Source of the DNA: the human T2T-CHM13v2.0 reference genome, Homo sapiens
NCBI RefSeq assembly: GCF_009914755.1
Contig: NC_060939.1
Reading direction: 5' to 3' (one strand)
Length of the DNA stretch: 64,000 nt
In this document: piece by piece, positions 14,533-41,399 of the stretch
How the letters are laid out: each line of letters begins with the position of its first letter
How positions within the stretch are numbered: position 1 is the first letter of the stretch
Position numbers and translations under genes: made by a program
The notes under the pieces: model-generated
What the model was told of the DNA's origin: nothing
What the model saw: the letters and a program-made list of their open reading frames with translations, nothing else
The model's database searches: none

Positions 14533-14842
14533 AATTTATCAATGTATTAGGTAAACCCAGTTTCAGAATTATAAAGAAAAACTGTTAGACCAAATAAGGT
14601 GGCTAATTAACAGTGGTATGATTTCTAGCCCGAGGGTCTAAATTGGACTCAAACTGTCTTTAAACTGAACTCAAAGAATGCAAAAGTGGCAAGTTCAGAA
14701 AATAAAAGGCAAGAACAGGACTTGAAGTCCATTTTAAACCCTCGGGCTAGAAATCGTCCTACTGTTAATTAGCCACATTCGTTGGTCTAACAGTTTTTCT
14801 TTATAATTCTGGAACTGAGTTTATCTAATACATTGATAAATT
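14533..14842. repeat. Inverted repeat: 117-bp arms (14533-14649, 14726-14842), 76-bp spacer
   Basis: Manual alignment gives about 11 mismatches and no indels. Confidence 0.92.
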
Positions 14843-16819
14843 CATACAATTTGGAAGAGTCAGTTGAAGTCACAAGGACTTAATATTTGCACTCTTTCAC
14901 TGAATGCAGGCACATCTGTTATTCCATCTGTAAAATCGTATTATTGCTCTCCTATTAATGTCATATGTATAAAAGTATCATGAGGATGCCAAATGCTAAA
15001 AATGGAGATGGTCTAGTAACTAGAAATGCCCACCCCAGGGAGCGCACACACATCTCTCCCTGCATCCTAATACTGTGACGTATTTTGGAACACAGACATT
15101 AGAACTTCATGAACTTTTAGCTGTTGATTCTTTCCCAAGCATCTTAAAGTTATGATTTAGGCAATGTATGACTGAAATAATTCACTCATCACGTATAGGC
15201 ACATTAACATAAATATGGCACAAAATATGCCTCTAACTGAAACTGAGAGGTATAAAAACATATTTCACTCTTTGTGAAGAACTTTGTGAGGAAACATAAG
15301 TCTGTCATTGTATAGACACTTTTTCTCATAATACTTGGACATTCACAAACATTAGATTGCACTGCAGCTTGTAAACATTTTAAGTTGCATAAACTTCGCC
15401 TTGATTTTCATGTGTAGTATAATACTGTCTACTAAAACTCCTTTTTGTTTCAACTAAGTACTCTCACATATATTGGTTTATAATAATGGTTGTTATTATT
15501 TTTAAAGTGTTTTCCATTCAAAGAAAAGAAGTAAATTCCTACGTCAGAGTAACTAATGTGGCTGAAGAATAGGTATTAGCCAGAGAGGTCTAGATGATAA
15601 AATCAATCTTCTAGCCTCAAAGAAGCTCCATGAACATAGAGGAAGGCCAGGTGTCACACAGCTTTCCTTCACTCGAATTCATTCTTGACTAGAGCCTGTA
15701 TGCCTCTTCCAGGGACATTTAAACTCTTAAAGGATTTCTTATGATCTTCACTAAATACCTTAAGAAGAATGCCAACCAGTGCCCTTTTGTGTACTGGGAC
15801 ATATACTCGTGATTAAAACAGGTAACATGAACTCTGACTTTAAAATGTATTGTAGATATAAATGCTCTAAGCTAGAAAAGGTTTTCCACATCCACAGTCA
15901 ATGATGGGAGCCTTTCATTCCTCAGAAATAATCCCTTTTTAGGTCATCAAGAAAGGGTACAACTGCTGCAGCTCATGATGCAATATCTTCATGAGCCCAG
16001 AGCACATACAAATCCTAAGGGAACTACCATAGTACAGCGCTCATTCTTGGCACCAGAACAAATGAAACACACTCTATCCTGCACACACCTGCCAGAGCAG
16101 GCCACTTTCCTCTTCTGTGAGATTTAAAAAGCTCCCCAAAATGTTATTACTCCCATCCCCAATACACAGAAAATAGGGAAAAGGCTGTTTCCAGTTCTTG
16201 GCCTTTAAACAACTCTAAATGTCAGTACTCACAGTGGCATATTACAAAGTAATAAACAGTGCTCAATTGAGGGCAAACCACATATTGAGCTAATGAAGAG
16301 CTCACTGTGGTTAGGATTCGATCAAACGTAATAGCAGAACATAAGCACATTTTATCTGAATTCTGGAATGAATATACATGCTGCAATAACATTAAAAAAG
16401 CATGGCAGCCTGTTCCAAACCAGCCAGAATAGTTTTGTGCAAATTAGTGGGTCTTTGTGTGTTTGAATTCCCACCACCTAAGGGCAAACTCGATATGCAT
16501 ACTAATGACCTACAATTATCAAATTAAAAATAAAAATGCTAAAGGATGCCAGAAAGAACATCAGGGAAAGACCAACTCTCCCTTAACTTTTTACAAATAA
16601 ATTTAAACGGTAAATTAGAAACACAAATAAATGTGAGTGGCTCTAGCATTCAAATGGAGTAAATGAATTGTGTAGGAGATGAACCCCGTAACTTTTTGTT
16701 GTTGTTGTTGTTTTAAATTTCTTGACCAGCTCTTAGAAGATGATGATGTTTATCTCCCTGTTCTCGGCTGCCTGGTAGAAGAATGGCACGCAGGGTTTGC
16801 TGGGCAAGCCTGGGTGCTC

Positions 16820-28415
<11,596 letters not shown>

Positions 28416-28419
28416 CAGC

Positions 28420-28700
28420 GAACACCTCCAGTCACCTACAAGGCTGCTGTGTGACTGAGCCAGAGGAGGCGTAACCAGGGCCACACTAGAATGCAGAATA
28501 GGGGTGTGGCCTTAATGCTCCAATCCCATTGGTCAATGAGAAAGATGAAAGGGAAAGGAGGCGTGGCCAGGCAGCAGTGTGCCCAGAGGAACCTGTGACA
28601 TCACAAGGAAAGCTGCCCATGCGACTGCTGTCCCTGCCCACTTGGGGAGAGGGGCGGGGCCTGCCTACTCCGGGAGAGGGGAGGGCTGGTTTTTGCTTTA
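28420..28700 (-). promoter_or_regulatory. Putative proximal promoter/5' UTR of GOLGA6 (copy at ~4143-4423)
   Basis: Immediately upstream of the ATG; CCAAT on both strands (~28520-28532), CRE-like TGACATCA 28596-28603, GC box ~28650-28660. Confidence 0.5.
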
Positions 28701-29164
28701 AAATGTTAAAAATAAACTTTAAAAAAATATGTATTTATACTTTATATATATGTGTGTCAGTGTGTGTGTGTCTACATGTTCCTCCAGAGCTGTCTTCATT
28801 ATCCAGCTTCTATGCATGGTCTATGATTTTGGCCTACATTTTTCATCTTCAGAGGGAGTATAAGAATTACCAGTATTACCCCAGTTAAGACACAAATCCT
28901 ATAAAAATGGAAAATCCATAGCATGTTTGATGATTAATGAATGAAGTGGACTATATTATCCAACATCCCAATAAGGTAAAATAATCACAATGATTTCTCG
29001 GCTTTGGAAAAAACATTTCTCTTATTCTCCTACATTATTAAGATTTTTTAAAAAACAAGAAACATGTCTAATATCTTTAAAAACACAAAGCTTTTGGGCC
29101 GGGTGTGGTGGCTCACACCTGTAATCCCAGCACTTTGGGAGGCCTAGGTGGGTGGATCACCTTA

Positions 29165-29398
<234 letters not shown>

Positions 29399-30265
29399 TC
29401 AAAAATAAATAAAAACACAAAGCTTTCCATTTAATAAGCACTCAAAGCTCTTTACTGGTTTAAAGCAAATACAAGGCCTATTTTTCTAGAATCACCTGGC
29501 CTCTCTAAGCCTTGCAAATGAAACTGAATTTCTCACTTGATACTTGGCTATGACTTGCAATCATGAAAACCAAGAATTGTGTTATGTCACTGTGTATTGA
29601 TTGTTACCTGAATTCCACACTAGGCTGGGATCAAGGGTTGAATCTTTCATGATTTGCTCCATAACCTGTGAGCGTCTTTTCCTACACCAAACTAAGCTTT
29701 GTTCTAGAGTTCTACAATTTACAGTTAGTAGACAAGAGTGGTTCTCAAAAATGTAGTCTCTGGACTAGCAGCAGCAGCAGAACCTGAGAACCTTTTATAA
29801 GTGCAAATTCTCAGGCCCCACCCTGGACATGGTGAATCAGAAACTCTGGAGTAGGGCTCAGCAATCTGTGCTGCAGTCATCCCTCCAGGTGTTCAAGCAC
29901 CTCTGGCATACAGCAGGCAGAAAAATGTGTTTCCTTCTGTAGGTCCAAAGCCAGGGATACCATATGTTCTGTCTTGATATGAAACAATGGCATGCAATTA
30001 AAAGACATAAATCTCCTTCCTGCTCCCACCCTCCATCCAATGTGTTTTATTTTTATGAGTTAAATAAGAAAACAAACGGCAATCAGAGATTCAGCCTAAA
30101 AAGTATGTTTACAAGTGTCAGTTCTCATCCAGCCTGATCTCACACAATACCATTTACACCCTCTTCCCTCTCAAGTTTTTTAAAAAGTGTCTTCACAATG
30201 TAAGTCTCGGGCACACTAGCAGTTCTATAATAAAACACCAAGTAGATCAGAATGTCCAAACTTAC

Positions 30266-30474
30266 TAGAGAAGAAAAGTGGAATCACTGGCTGTATTTTC
30301 AAGTTGCATTCAACAGGAAATGTAAGTTTTTCATTCTTTTCACCTTCACACTTCAATAGCATTAAATCAGAATACTCCATTCTTCCAAAGCCTCTAGCCA
30401 GGCAAAGTTTTACTGTATTACTTCTTGCTTTCAATAGATATAAAGCAGAGTCCTGGTAGGCACATTTTGTATGC
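30266..30474 (-). other. Candidate upstream non-coding (5' UTR) exon of a GOLGA transcript (copy at 5989-6197)
   Basis: Acceptor tctttgcag|GCATAC and donor CTCTA|gtaagt; no transcript evidence available here. Confidence 0.4.
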
Positions 30475-31135
30475 CTGCAAAGATGCAGAAGTAAACAGTT
30501 CCATCTATTCAATATTAAAACAAAAGTCCTGCAAACCTCGGATGGTGAGTGTAATACTTCAGCACTAGCACCAAAGCCTCAAATATAAACAGATACCAAT
30601 ATCACCACTAGCAAACAAAATGAGCCCTCGGCCAGGAGCAGTAGTTCACACCTGTAATCCCAACACTTTGGCAAGCCAAGGTGGGAGGATCACTTTAAGT
30701 CAGGAGTTCAAGACCAGCCTGGGCAGCATAGTGAATTCACATCTCTACAAAAAATCTTAAAAATTAGCTGGGGGTGGTGGCACACACCTGTAGTCCTAGC
30801 TACTTGGAAGGCTGATGTATGAAAACTGCTTCAGCTCAGGAGTACGACGCTGTGGTAGCTATGATCATGCCACTGCACTCCAGCCTGGGTGACAGAGCAA
30901 GATCTAGATAATTACAGTCTGTCCTGCTCCTGTTTATGTTAAAATGCTTTCAATCAGCAGGATAAAAATTAAGTGAAATGTGACTTGGGAGCTTGGCCAG
31001 AAAATAGGCAATGGAGAAACAGGCACTTCCCACAAGAATAAAAATGGCCAATAAGCACATAAAAATGATTCAAGGCCAGGGCCGTGGCTCACGCCTGTAA
31101 TCCCAGCACTTTAGGAGGCCGAGGTGGGTGGATCA

Positions 31136-31372
<237 letters not shown>

Positions 31373-34253
31373 TCAAAAGCACTAGAAACCAAAGAAATAC
31401 AATGAAAACAATGAGATTTTCTCCTTAAATATCAGCAAAGAGGACAAATGGAAACGGGATACTGGAGCTCTGCCCCTGTTGGGAGTATAAACTGAACCAA
31501 TTTTTCTGCAGGATAATTTGAAAATTTCTATTAAAAATCTTAAAACTATTTTATGTTATTTTTCTCCAGAAATTCTACTTCTATGACTTCAGCCCCAAAA
31601 TGCTTGCTTGCGTCCATTAAAATATATATATAAGAAAATTTACTTCTGGGGTGGCAATGATTAACTTAATACACATCGAGCTTTTAAAAAGATGATGCCA
31701 AGGATATATTTACTGCCATAGAAATATGCCCAAAACATAGTGACAAAAGACTATATATTACGATTCTACTTTTTAAAATGTTCATATGCATAAAAAAATA
31801 TAAAAAGCAACAAACCAGAATGCTTTCAGTGGCAAAATTAAAGACTTTTCTTCATATTTTGTCTTCCAAATTATTACAAAAAGAATGCAATTTTCTTTAT
31901 AATCAGGGAGAAGTATTATTTTCATTTATTTACATATAAATTTCTTTTCTTTTCCTTATTTCTTCTAATGTATGTATCACATGTACCCTAAGAGCTTGAA
32001 TCCCTACTTCTTGAGGTAAATCAGACCATTTCTGTCTCTATCAACTTGCCTTTTTTGGACATTTCAAATCAACAGAATTATACAATATGTGGTCACATGT
32101 CTGGCTTTTTACTTAGCTAAGGTTTTTGAGGTTGGTCCATGACATATAACAGGTTTTGGTAGTTTGTTCCTTTCATTACTGAGTAGAAGTCCATTGATGG
32201 ATATATACCACATTTTGTCAGCAGAGAACATTTAAACTTTGCTTTCAACTTCCCGTGGTCTAAATGAAACCGCTGGAACACAGGACTTACAGTGAAACCT
32301 GCTGTGCATGTCAAAAGAACTACTTATCAGAACCAGCTTTGTCATCAGGAGCCTGAACTGCTGCAGAAATTTTTATCATTTTGCAACTTCCTTTTTACAA
32401 GCAGCTTTTGTGCTACTACGCATCAGGACTTTTGAAGCATCTGATACATCCATCTAATAAGTATGAGCATGTGTCTGAGTGGACAAGTACAACCATCTAT
32501 GCTACACTGCATATTTTTTCCTCCCCCAGACTGGACCAGGGAATCTCTCAACTTTCTAGAGTATCCTGTCTCCATTGACAAAGCTGAACAGTATTAAAGA
32601 TCCTGCTGCCTTTGTTAGGCAGATTTGGAAGGGAGGCCCAACAGCAAGGGTGGAGAGGAAAAAGAGAGGGGAGCTTGTGGAACAGGAAGCCCCCTGGGGT
32701 CTGCACATGGCTCCCAGCTGTTGAGGATGTTGTGGATGGGGAAGTGCTGATGGTGTCCCGAGGCAAGCCTAGCACCTGCACTGGGCCCAGAAGGTCTTGA
32801 CTTTGGCCCCTTACCCACGTTCCAGAAGTGTTTACAAGCTGGTTTTGCTTTTCTTCTTTTCCCAAATAATCATTACTTGGTAGTTAGTTATTAACCTTTC
32901 TTTGGGAGAGGGACAGAGCTTTAAAACTGAAGAACATAATTTTCATTAAAATATCAAAAATGGAAAAAAGTTACTTTGTAAACAATTTGCTATACAAACC
33001 AAATGGCAGCTGTTGAGAATCTCAATAAAGTGTTAAATGCATTTGCTGCTGTTAGAAGAAATACAGTAAAAATATTTAAAATAAAGAAAAAAATTTGCTG
33101 GCAGTGGTACCATTTGCCCAAGGTTGGGTTGCTGTGTCATCATACTGTGGTGGGGGGTATATGTGGTGTATATGTGTGAAACTCTTCATCTCAGGATGGA
33201 TCATAATGTGAGCTGCAGTTTTCCTTCCAAATAGGGTTACAAAGTAGTAAAACATGGGCTTGGAAGTGACAGACCTGAGTGAATCAGCCAAGCTTAAAGA
33301 AAAACCCAATAAAATTAACTTTTAATAATCCTGACGTTGGTTTTTGAAACAATAGATACAATGATTTACTCTAAGCATCAGGTTATGATTTTGAATCAGT
33401 AATACACACTGTCTCGACCCTTTTCTTTTTTTATGGAAACAGAGGTTTCACCCAGAAAACCCCAAACCGTGACTTTTTTTTTTTTTTAAGACAGGGTGTC
33501 ACTCTGTCGCCCAGGCTGCAGTGGAGTGGTGGATCTCAGCTCACTGCAGCCTCGACCTCCCACCTCAGCCTCCCGAGTAGCTGGGACCACAGGCACCACC
33601 GTGCCTGGCTAATTATTGTATTTTGTGTACAGACGGGGTTTTGCCATGTTGCCCAGGGTGGTCTCAGACTTCTAGGCTCCAGCCGTTCACCCACTTCAGC
33701 CTCCCAAGGTGCTGTGTGTACAGGTGCGAGCCACTGTGCCCAACCTGCATTGACTTTTTAAAACATAAGTTCAAGCATCTCTTCCTAACTCCTTTAATTG
33801 GAGGTATCTCTTCTCTCATTCTCCTCATCTTTGGTGTTCCCCCAGAGTTCACTGCTGTCTGGATGTACAACATATATTTCAAAGTCAAGGCTGGGCTGGG
33901 TGCAGTGGCTCACGCCTATAATTGCAGCACTTTGGGAGTCCAAGGCAGGCAGATCGCTTGAGTTCAGGCAAGGTAAGGCAGGCTCCCAAGGCAGAGACTG
34001 AGGCTGACCCCTGCAGCCCCCTACTGCAGGGAGGAACACCGGGATAGGCAAGGGTCTTAACCTAGAAAGCCCCAGCAGTTCCTGTGACCATCGAGACACC
34101 ACTGAGGCTTGGTGGTGGTGGAACCCAGGAATGGTCTTTGAACCCACCACCTGGAAGGGGAGCCAAGGATAGTCCTGGCCCAAAGGCTCCCCTACCTGCA
34201 GGCAGTGTGGAGGCCCAGTGAGTGGACCCCAGGAGCCCAGACCATGAGCTTAC

Positions 34254-34354
34254 CTGGCCAAAGACAGCAGCCAGCACCAAGACACGAAAGAGGGCGGGTA
34301 GAAAGATCATCACATAGGGGTTGACTGCGGCCGGCACCAGGTTCCTCTGTACTT
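34254..34354 (-). other. Isolated exon-like segment encoding a hydrophobic stretch VQRNLVPAAVNPYVMIFLPALFRVLVLAAVFGQ (copy at 9968-10068)
   Basis: gtgttccag acceptor, CAG|gtaagc donor, 101 nt, phase 1-0, open. Confidence 0.45.
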
Positions 34355-37300
34355 CTGGAACACACAGGCCCCTCCTTCCTATCCCTGAAGTGCCCCTGCC
34401 CCTACCCCAGCACCCTGAAGACCAGCCCAATATATGCATTTGTCCTGGGTCAGCCCCACTGTCCAAGCAACTGCAATTTCTCACTAGAGAGCCAGGGCAG
34501 GGCAGGGTATAGGAGGGGTCCCTGGAAGATGCCCCCCAGAATGCCCTGATGCCTAAAACGTTCCCCGTTGGGCCTTCTCAGGGAGGGAGGGTTAAGACAG
34601 CCTTGTTCTCTCCAGCTACCTCCATCACCACTGGAGCCCTTACAGGCGTCAGGGGAGAGAATTGGCTCACTGGAGCCAGGAACAGCATGGACACAGCCCT
34701 GGGGCTGAGGCTAAGTGGGCTCTGGGAGACCGTCACTCTCTCTTCAAGCTTTGGTCTCCTGGCCCTCTACAAGCCAGGCTGTTTCAGGCTTTGCGTTAGG
34801 CCTTGCTCAGAGACAGAGTTGAAACACAGCTGGTGGACACAGTGGGCTTTAGGGAGGGGGCACGTACCTGGGGGTGGGGGCTGGGTAACAGGGAACGGAG
34901 GCCCTGGGGCTAGCATGGCCTGTCTGGAGGTGGCACAATGGGACCTGCACCACATGAGGACAGAGGGTCCACCTGGAGGAGTGGATCAGCCAGATGGCCA
35001 CCAAGCTGGATGGCCACCGCCAGAGCCTGCAGGACAGCAGAGGGGGCTAGGAAGGGACAGAGGACAGCTGAGGGGCAGGGAATGTGGGTTCCTCCATACA
35101 GACACTTGAGTCTTCCCTAAGTGGGTCTTCCCCATGGGGGTGAGGGGGCATTCAAGACACACCTCCAGCCCACCTCAAACTATCACAGGAGGCCACCACC
35201 AACTCACACAGGCCAGTTGCATTCTCACAGTGACCCCAGAACAGCACAGCCCTGTCTTTCAGATAAATAAATGGAGAGAGTGATGCATATCACAGCCAGG
35301 AGCTGGGACTCAGACCCAGGTCCAGCTGCAGTGCTGCCTCAATGGCTCCACCTGCACCTCCTCCGGGACTCAGTTCCTGCTAACAAATGAACACTTGAGT
35401 ATGGGTGAAATAGGTGCTATTATCCCTTCTGGCTGCTGGGGAAAGGGAAGCAAGGCACAGATGACTTGCCCAAGGCCAACATATCATGACTGGTTCAACC
35501 CCATCTGTCTCAGCCAGCACATCCCCATGGCAGAGGCTTTACTGTGATCCAAACCTGGAAGGTGGCACTCCTTCCAATGTCCCACCCAGGGCACAGAGCA
35601 TGCAGCCCCATGTTTGGGGAGGTGACAGGGTGGGGAGGTGACAGTGTGGGAAACAATCTGGCTAGGCGAAGGCCTCATGGAGCCCAGGGTTCCCTAGGAC
35701 CAGGAGAGCTCTGGAGCCCACACTGACACCCATTGGAAACCTGGAATCCACACCTGCAGGAGATCAGGAGAGGGGTTCGGCCTCCGATGCACCTGCAGCA
35801 AGGTGAGACAGGCACAGGTGGGCGCCCTGCTTCCAACCAGTGTCAGGTGGGCAGGAAGCAGATCTCCTCCCTGACCTTCCTCTCCTGCCTCCCCCAAGCA
35901 GAGGAGAAGGGGCAGCCGCCCATCAGGCCATTGCCCAGATTGAAGCCACTGAAGCTAGGTCCCAACAGGTGAGTGTGACCCCTGACTATCCCAGGCCCGG
36001 CCCAAGGCAGTCATGTCTCTGGTGAGGACCTGGTAGACAGATGTGATGTCCCCAAGTGGTTCTATAAACCTTTTGAGGATAATCAAGGAAATGGGCAAGA
36101 ACATCATGCTCAGCCAAGAACCTGATAGGCACAAGGGGGACCAGGGCAGGTAAAAGTCAGTTTGGGTTCAGGCCTGGCCCCTGGAAGGATGGTGGATGAA
36201 GAGCCAGCCACGGTGAAAGGGAATGGATGGCCACGGGCTGGGTGGTCAGGACTGTCAGCTCCTGCAGCCCCTGCAGAACATCCGCCCAGGCCTGGCTCTG
36301 TGCTCAGCGTTCTGCGTGGAGCCACAGGTGCCTGGACACCGATCTCAAGTAGGGATGGTGGTAAGAAAGGTACTTGTGGCCACAGGTGGGCACCTAAGCA
36401 TGGGACAGAGGGGTATCATGCCCCAAAGAAATCATAGAGGCCAAGAGCTTAAGCATATGTGACACCATCAATAAATCCCCTTGTCCTGGGTCACGTCAAT
36501 TAAGTCAGAGCCTACCCTGACCCTGAAGCTGCAGCTCAGTCTGGTTGAGACACACAGAGATGTTAGTGCTGGGCAGGGGGCCTGGCCCAGCCTGCGATGT
36601 CCAGCAAAGCTGTGGGCTGGACAAGAATCTCTGAAGATTAGTCCAGGACAAGGACAGCTGTGTCTGGGCAGGGAGTGGGGGCAATGCCCAGGGGGCAGGA
36701 GACCTGAGGACCTTTAGGTAGGATGCCAGGTCAGGACGTGCAGAAGAGAAGGTGGCATGGCAGCATCCTGCCCGAGGCCAGGCTATAAACCTCGGGGCCG
36801 CCCCGTCTAGCCTAAACCATGCTGACACCCAGATGCCATCCTTCAAATGTGAGGCAGGGCTGGGAGAGCCCCCAGACCCCTCATCCCTCCCATCCCAAGC
36901 TGGTTCCCATCCCTTACCAGAAGGAAAGTGAACTCTTCTATGGGACACAGCCTGCCAGGTTCTCTATCACCTGGGGGAAGGGGCTGGGGGAAGGGAGAGC
37001 TGCAGCTGGGTGAGAAAGAACCCAGGTCCCACTCTTTCCCTATCTGACAGGTGACCTCCGGCAAGCTGCTTTCTTTGCCTGGGGCTAAGGAGAGTCACAG
37101 GGGAGCGGCCAGGTTAAGAGGGCTCCACCTTGGAGCCCAGAGCTACCCACAGAGAAAACCCCCCATCCTCCCAATTCTGCTCCCAGCTCATGCTGCTGGG
37201 ATAACATCCCCCCCATCAGAGAGGCCGTGGGAGGCAGAGGCTGACCTTTGCTCCTTCAGGCCCCTCAGCGGGTTTGGGTCCACCTTCATCATGATCAGGG

Positions 37301-37399
37301 GGCGAGTCCCTGGGATTGCAAAGGTGAGGGACAGCTTCTTGGGCTCCAGGTGCTCCAAGGGAGACCCTGCAGGGCACCAGAGCTAGAAGAGTGTTAGGG

Positions 37400-37614
37400 A
37401 GGCTGGGTGCAGTGGCTCAGGCCTGTAATCTCAACACTTTGAAAGCCTGAGGTGGGCGGATCACGAGGTCAGGAGATCAAGACCACGCTGGCTAACACAG
37501 TGAAACCCCATCTCTACTAAAACTACAAAAAATTAGCCGGGTGTGGTGGCATGCACCTGTAGTTCCACCTACTTGGGAGGCTGAGGCAGGAGAATCACTT
37601 GAACCCGGGAGGCA
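37400..37614 (+). mobile_element. Alu, 3'-truncated in the right arm
   Basis: Stops at AACCCGGGAGGCAG with no tail. Confidence 0.9.
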
Positions 37615-38255
37615 GGGCTGAACAGTGCTAGGACCTGAGCTCTGCCTGGCCATGGTGACTCTGAGCCACGTAACCCTACGTTAGTCTCAGTCTGTCACTG
37701 TGTCTCACGGGGGATGTCAGCATTACTTTTGGAGTCAAAGTAGGTAAGCCAGGGTAACCAGAGTTCCCTGCAGGGACCAAGACCAAAGGATGCAGGGGCT
37801 GGGCCTATCCCAGAAGGTCAGGCTGGACGAGGGGCTCCATGAAGTTGGGGCAGCTGAGGGCCTGCCCTTCAGGTTACAGGCATCTGGATCCTGGTCTAGA
37901 CCCTCATATGCCATCCAGAGACCCAACCCTAGGGACCCTACCCAGGCTGGTAGCAGAGAGTCGATCCTTGTACTCACCCCACCAAAAGCTCTGAAATGAG
38001 GGGGCCTATGGGTGGGGGAAAGACTCTTCAGAAAAAGGTTCTCAGGGTCAGGGAAGGTTTGAGCTGGGCCTTAGGGCAGCCAGAGAGGCAGGTGACAGGT
38101 CTCCTCACAAAGCCTGCCAGAGAATGCAGGAGGAACACAGGTGTAGTGGTGAGAGTGTTCTGGAAGACAGCAGGAAGCCTCCTACTCACTGATGGGGCTG
38201 AGTGAGGTCAGGTCCACACACCAGGAGAAGCTGGAATCCACACACTGGTGCACTT

Positions 38256-38527
38256 TGTTTCTTGTTTCAGAGGCAGGGTCTTGCTCTGTTGCCCAGGCTG
38301 GATTGTGGTGGTGCAATCACACCTCACTGCAGCCTGGACCTCCTGGGTTCATGCAATCTTCCCACCTTAGCCTCCTGAGTAGCTGTGACTACAGGTGAAT
38401 GCCACCATGCCTAATTTTATTTTTTTCAAGACAGGGTCTGACTATGTTGCCCAGGCTGGTCTGAAGCGATCTTTCCACCTCAGCCTCCCAAAACACTGAG
38501 ACTACAGGGACAAGCCAGTGCTCCTGG
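38256..38527 (-). mobile_element. Alu, J-like
   Basis: Antisense diverged Alu. Confidence 0.88.
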
Positions 38528-38850
38528 CCATGCTGGTGCATTTTCTGCCATGGTGCACAGGAAGTATGAGCTGGGGGGCAGAATCTGCTCCTGGACCTCT
38601 ACCCAGGCCTGCACCCAGACTGACCCCTGGGCTGTAGGGAGCAGGTGTGGAGAGAATGCAGCGAGCAGTACGGGTTACCCAGTGATGGAGACCCAGGCTG
38701 GGACTAGGAGAGATAGGGCTCCAACCCTCAGCCTAGTGGCCCTGCCCAACCCCTTGGCGCCAAGATGACTTTCTAGGAAGCCAGGCATGGAGGCCAGCAT
38801 GCACCTGAACTGAGGACAGAAGATTCTGATGAGAGGGAGGGGGAGGCCTC

Positions 38851-39845
<995 letters not shown>

Positions 39846-41399
39846 ATGTCTACTGGACCTGACACTCAGGGAAGGGCTGGTCTTTACTCTGCCATTAACA
39901 GCCAGACTATGACAGAGTTGTTCCCCTGCTCTGCCTCAGTTTGTCCTCTCTCAGCTGAGCAGAGCAGGGATAATTGCTTCTCATGTGGGCCACAGGACAA
40001 AACAAAGCCCTGAGTCCCACAGGAAGATAGGTGGGCTATGTCCAAGGGAAGACAGAAGTGGGGCAGTATTTTATGTCCCCAGGGTGGCAGAGGGACATGG
40101 AAAAGATGCCTCCTTTGTGGACAAAGGAGAAAGGAAGATAAGCAGAGAGGCGCCAGACACCCGCCTCACCCCCACCTCCCCCACCCCACACCAGGCCCAT
40201 TCCCACTCAGCCCCCAACTCAGGCTGCACCATTCCCCTTACGGTCAGCATGACTTCCCAGCCAAGCTGACAGAAGCTGACAGCTTGGATTCATCAGGGAC
40301 AGCGCGTAGTGTAGGTGATGTGCAGGATGGAAGTGGAGAGGGGAGACGGGAGCCGTGGTGTCAGGTCTGGGGCTGCCAACATGGTACCTGCCCTGGCCGT
40401 GGGCAGACCATGCTGGTCCACCCTGCCAGATGTGGCCTCTAATTCTAAGGTCTCTGAGTTCCAGGCCAGGACTGGAGCCATACTCCCCTTGGGGACAGGG
40501 GACACAGTACACATAGACATTACTTGTGCTTTGGGCAAAGCCAGCTGGACAAATGAATGAAAGGGGCCCTGCTGGAGGGTAAAACTGGGCCTGGACTACT
40601 CAGACCTGCCTCTGTGACAGGACGGTCCCATCCTTCCAATCAGACTCCTGAGCTGGAAGCCTACCCAGCCAGGGAGTGGGGAAGGGGTGGCCTGCAGTCT
40701 CCCTTGAGTCTGTAGCCCCTCCCACCCAAGTCAGCTCCATAAAAAAAGATGCAGAAACCCCAAGTGCTCCTCCCAGCTGCTGGCTGCTTCCCGGCATGGC
40801 CTGAAGGACCCTGGATGAATCAAGACAGGCCTGCCAGCAGCTGGGGGAAGGGGGAAAGCTGGGTCCCCAGGGTGGATGCCTAGCAGGAACGTGCAGGCAT
40901 GGCGAGTGATGGGCCCTCAGGGCTGAGCCCCTTCTGCCCAGGGGACCTTGGTGACACACCTGCTGCTGAGCTCAGCCCAAGGAGTAAGAGCCTGGTGCCA
41001 AGTGGCCTCTCTGCTTATGAAGACAGTCCTGGGATTGTTACCCCTCTGCCCAGGGCTCAAGTATCCAGGCTGGGGAAGGGCCAGCAGTCAGAAAGAAGGA
41101 GGCCGTGGGTGTGGGTCCCCTAGCAGTCAGGGGCCTTGGTGGACTAAGCCCCTATGAGGGGGATGAGAGGGAAGGGAGACTGAGCTGTACCCCCTACCCT
41201 GAGATCTGTGGTACCAGGCTCCAGAGGGGGCCCCGGGGGGAGACCAGCATGACAGGAACTGCTACGATGCCTTTGGGCACCTACTCTGCAGGGCTGGGCC
41301 AGCCTGAGGTTGGCAGCAGAGGGGTGGGCCAGGGGCCACAAGGAATGAAGCTTTGTTTGGTAGAGCTGTGACCCTCTTCATCCTCTTCTGACCCCCCAG

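Larger units (their letters stand above)
12580..16819 (-). other. GOLGA6 3' UTR region: ~3.5-kb AT-rich insert (13216-16723) plus GOLGA2-like UTR (~12580-13215)
   Basis: Abrupt GC/AT shifts at ~13210 and ~16720; minus-strand AATAAA at 14082-14087, 13583-13588 and 12603-12608. The poly(A) site actually used is unknown. Confidence 0.65.
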
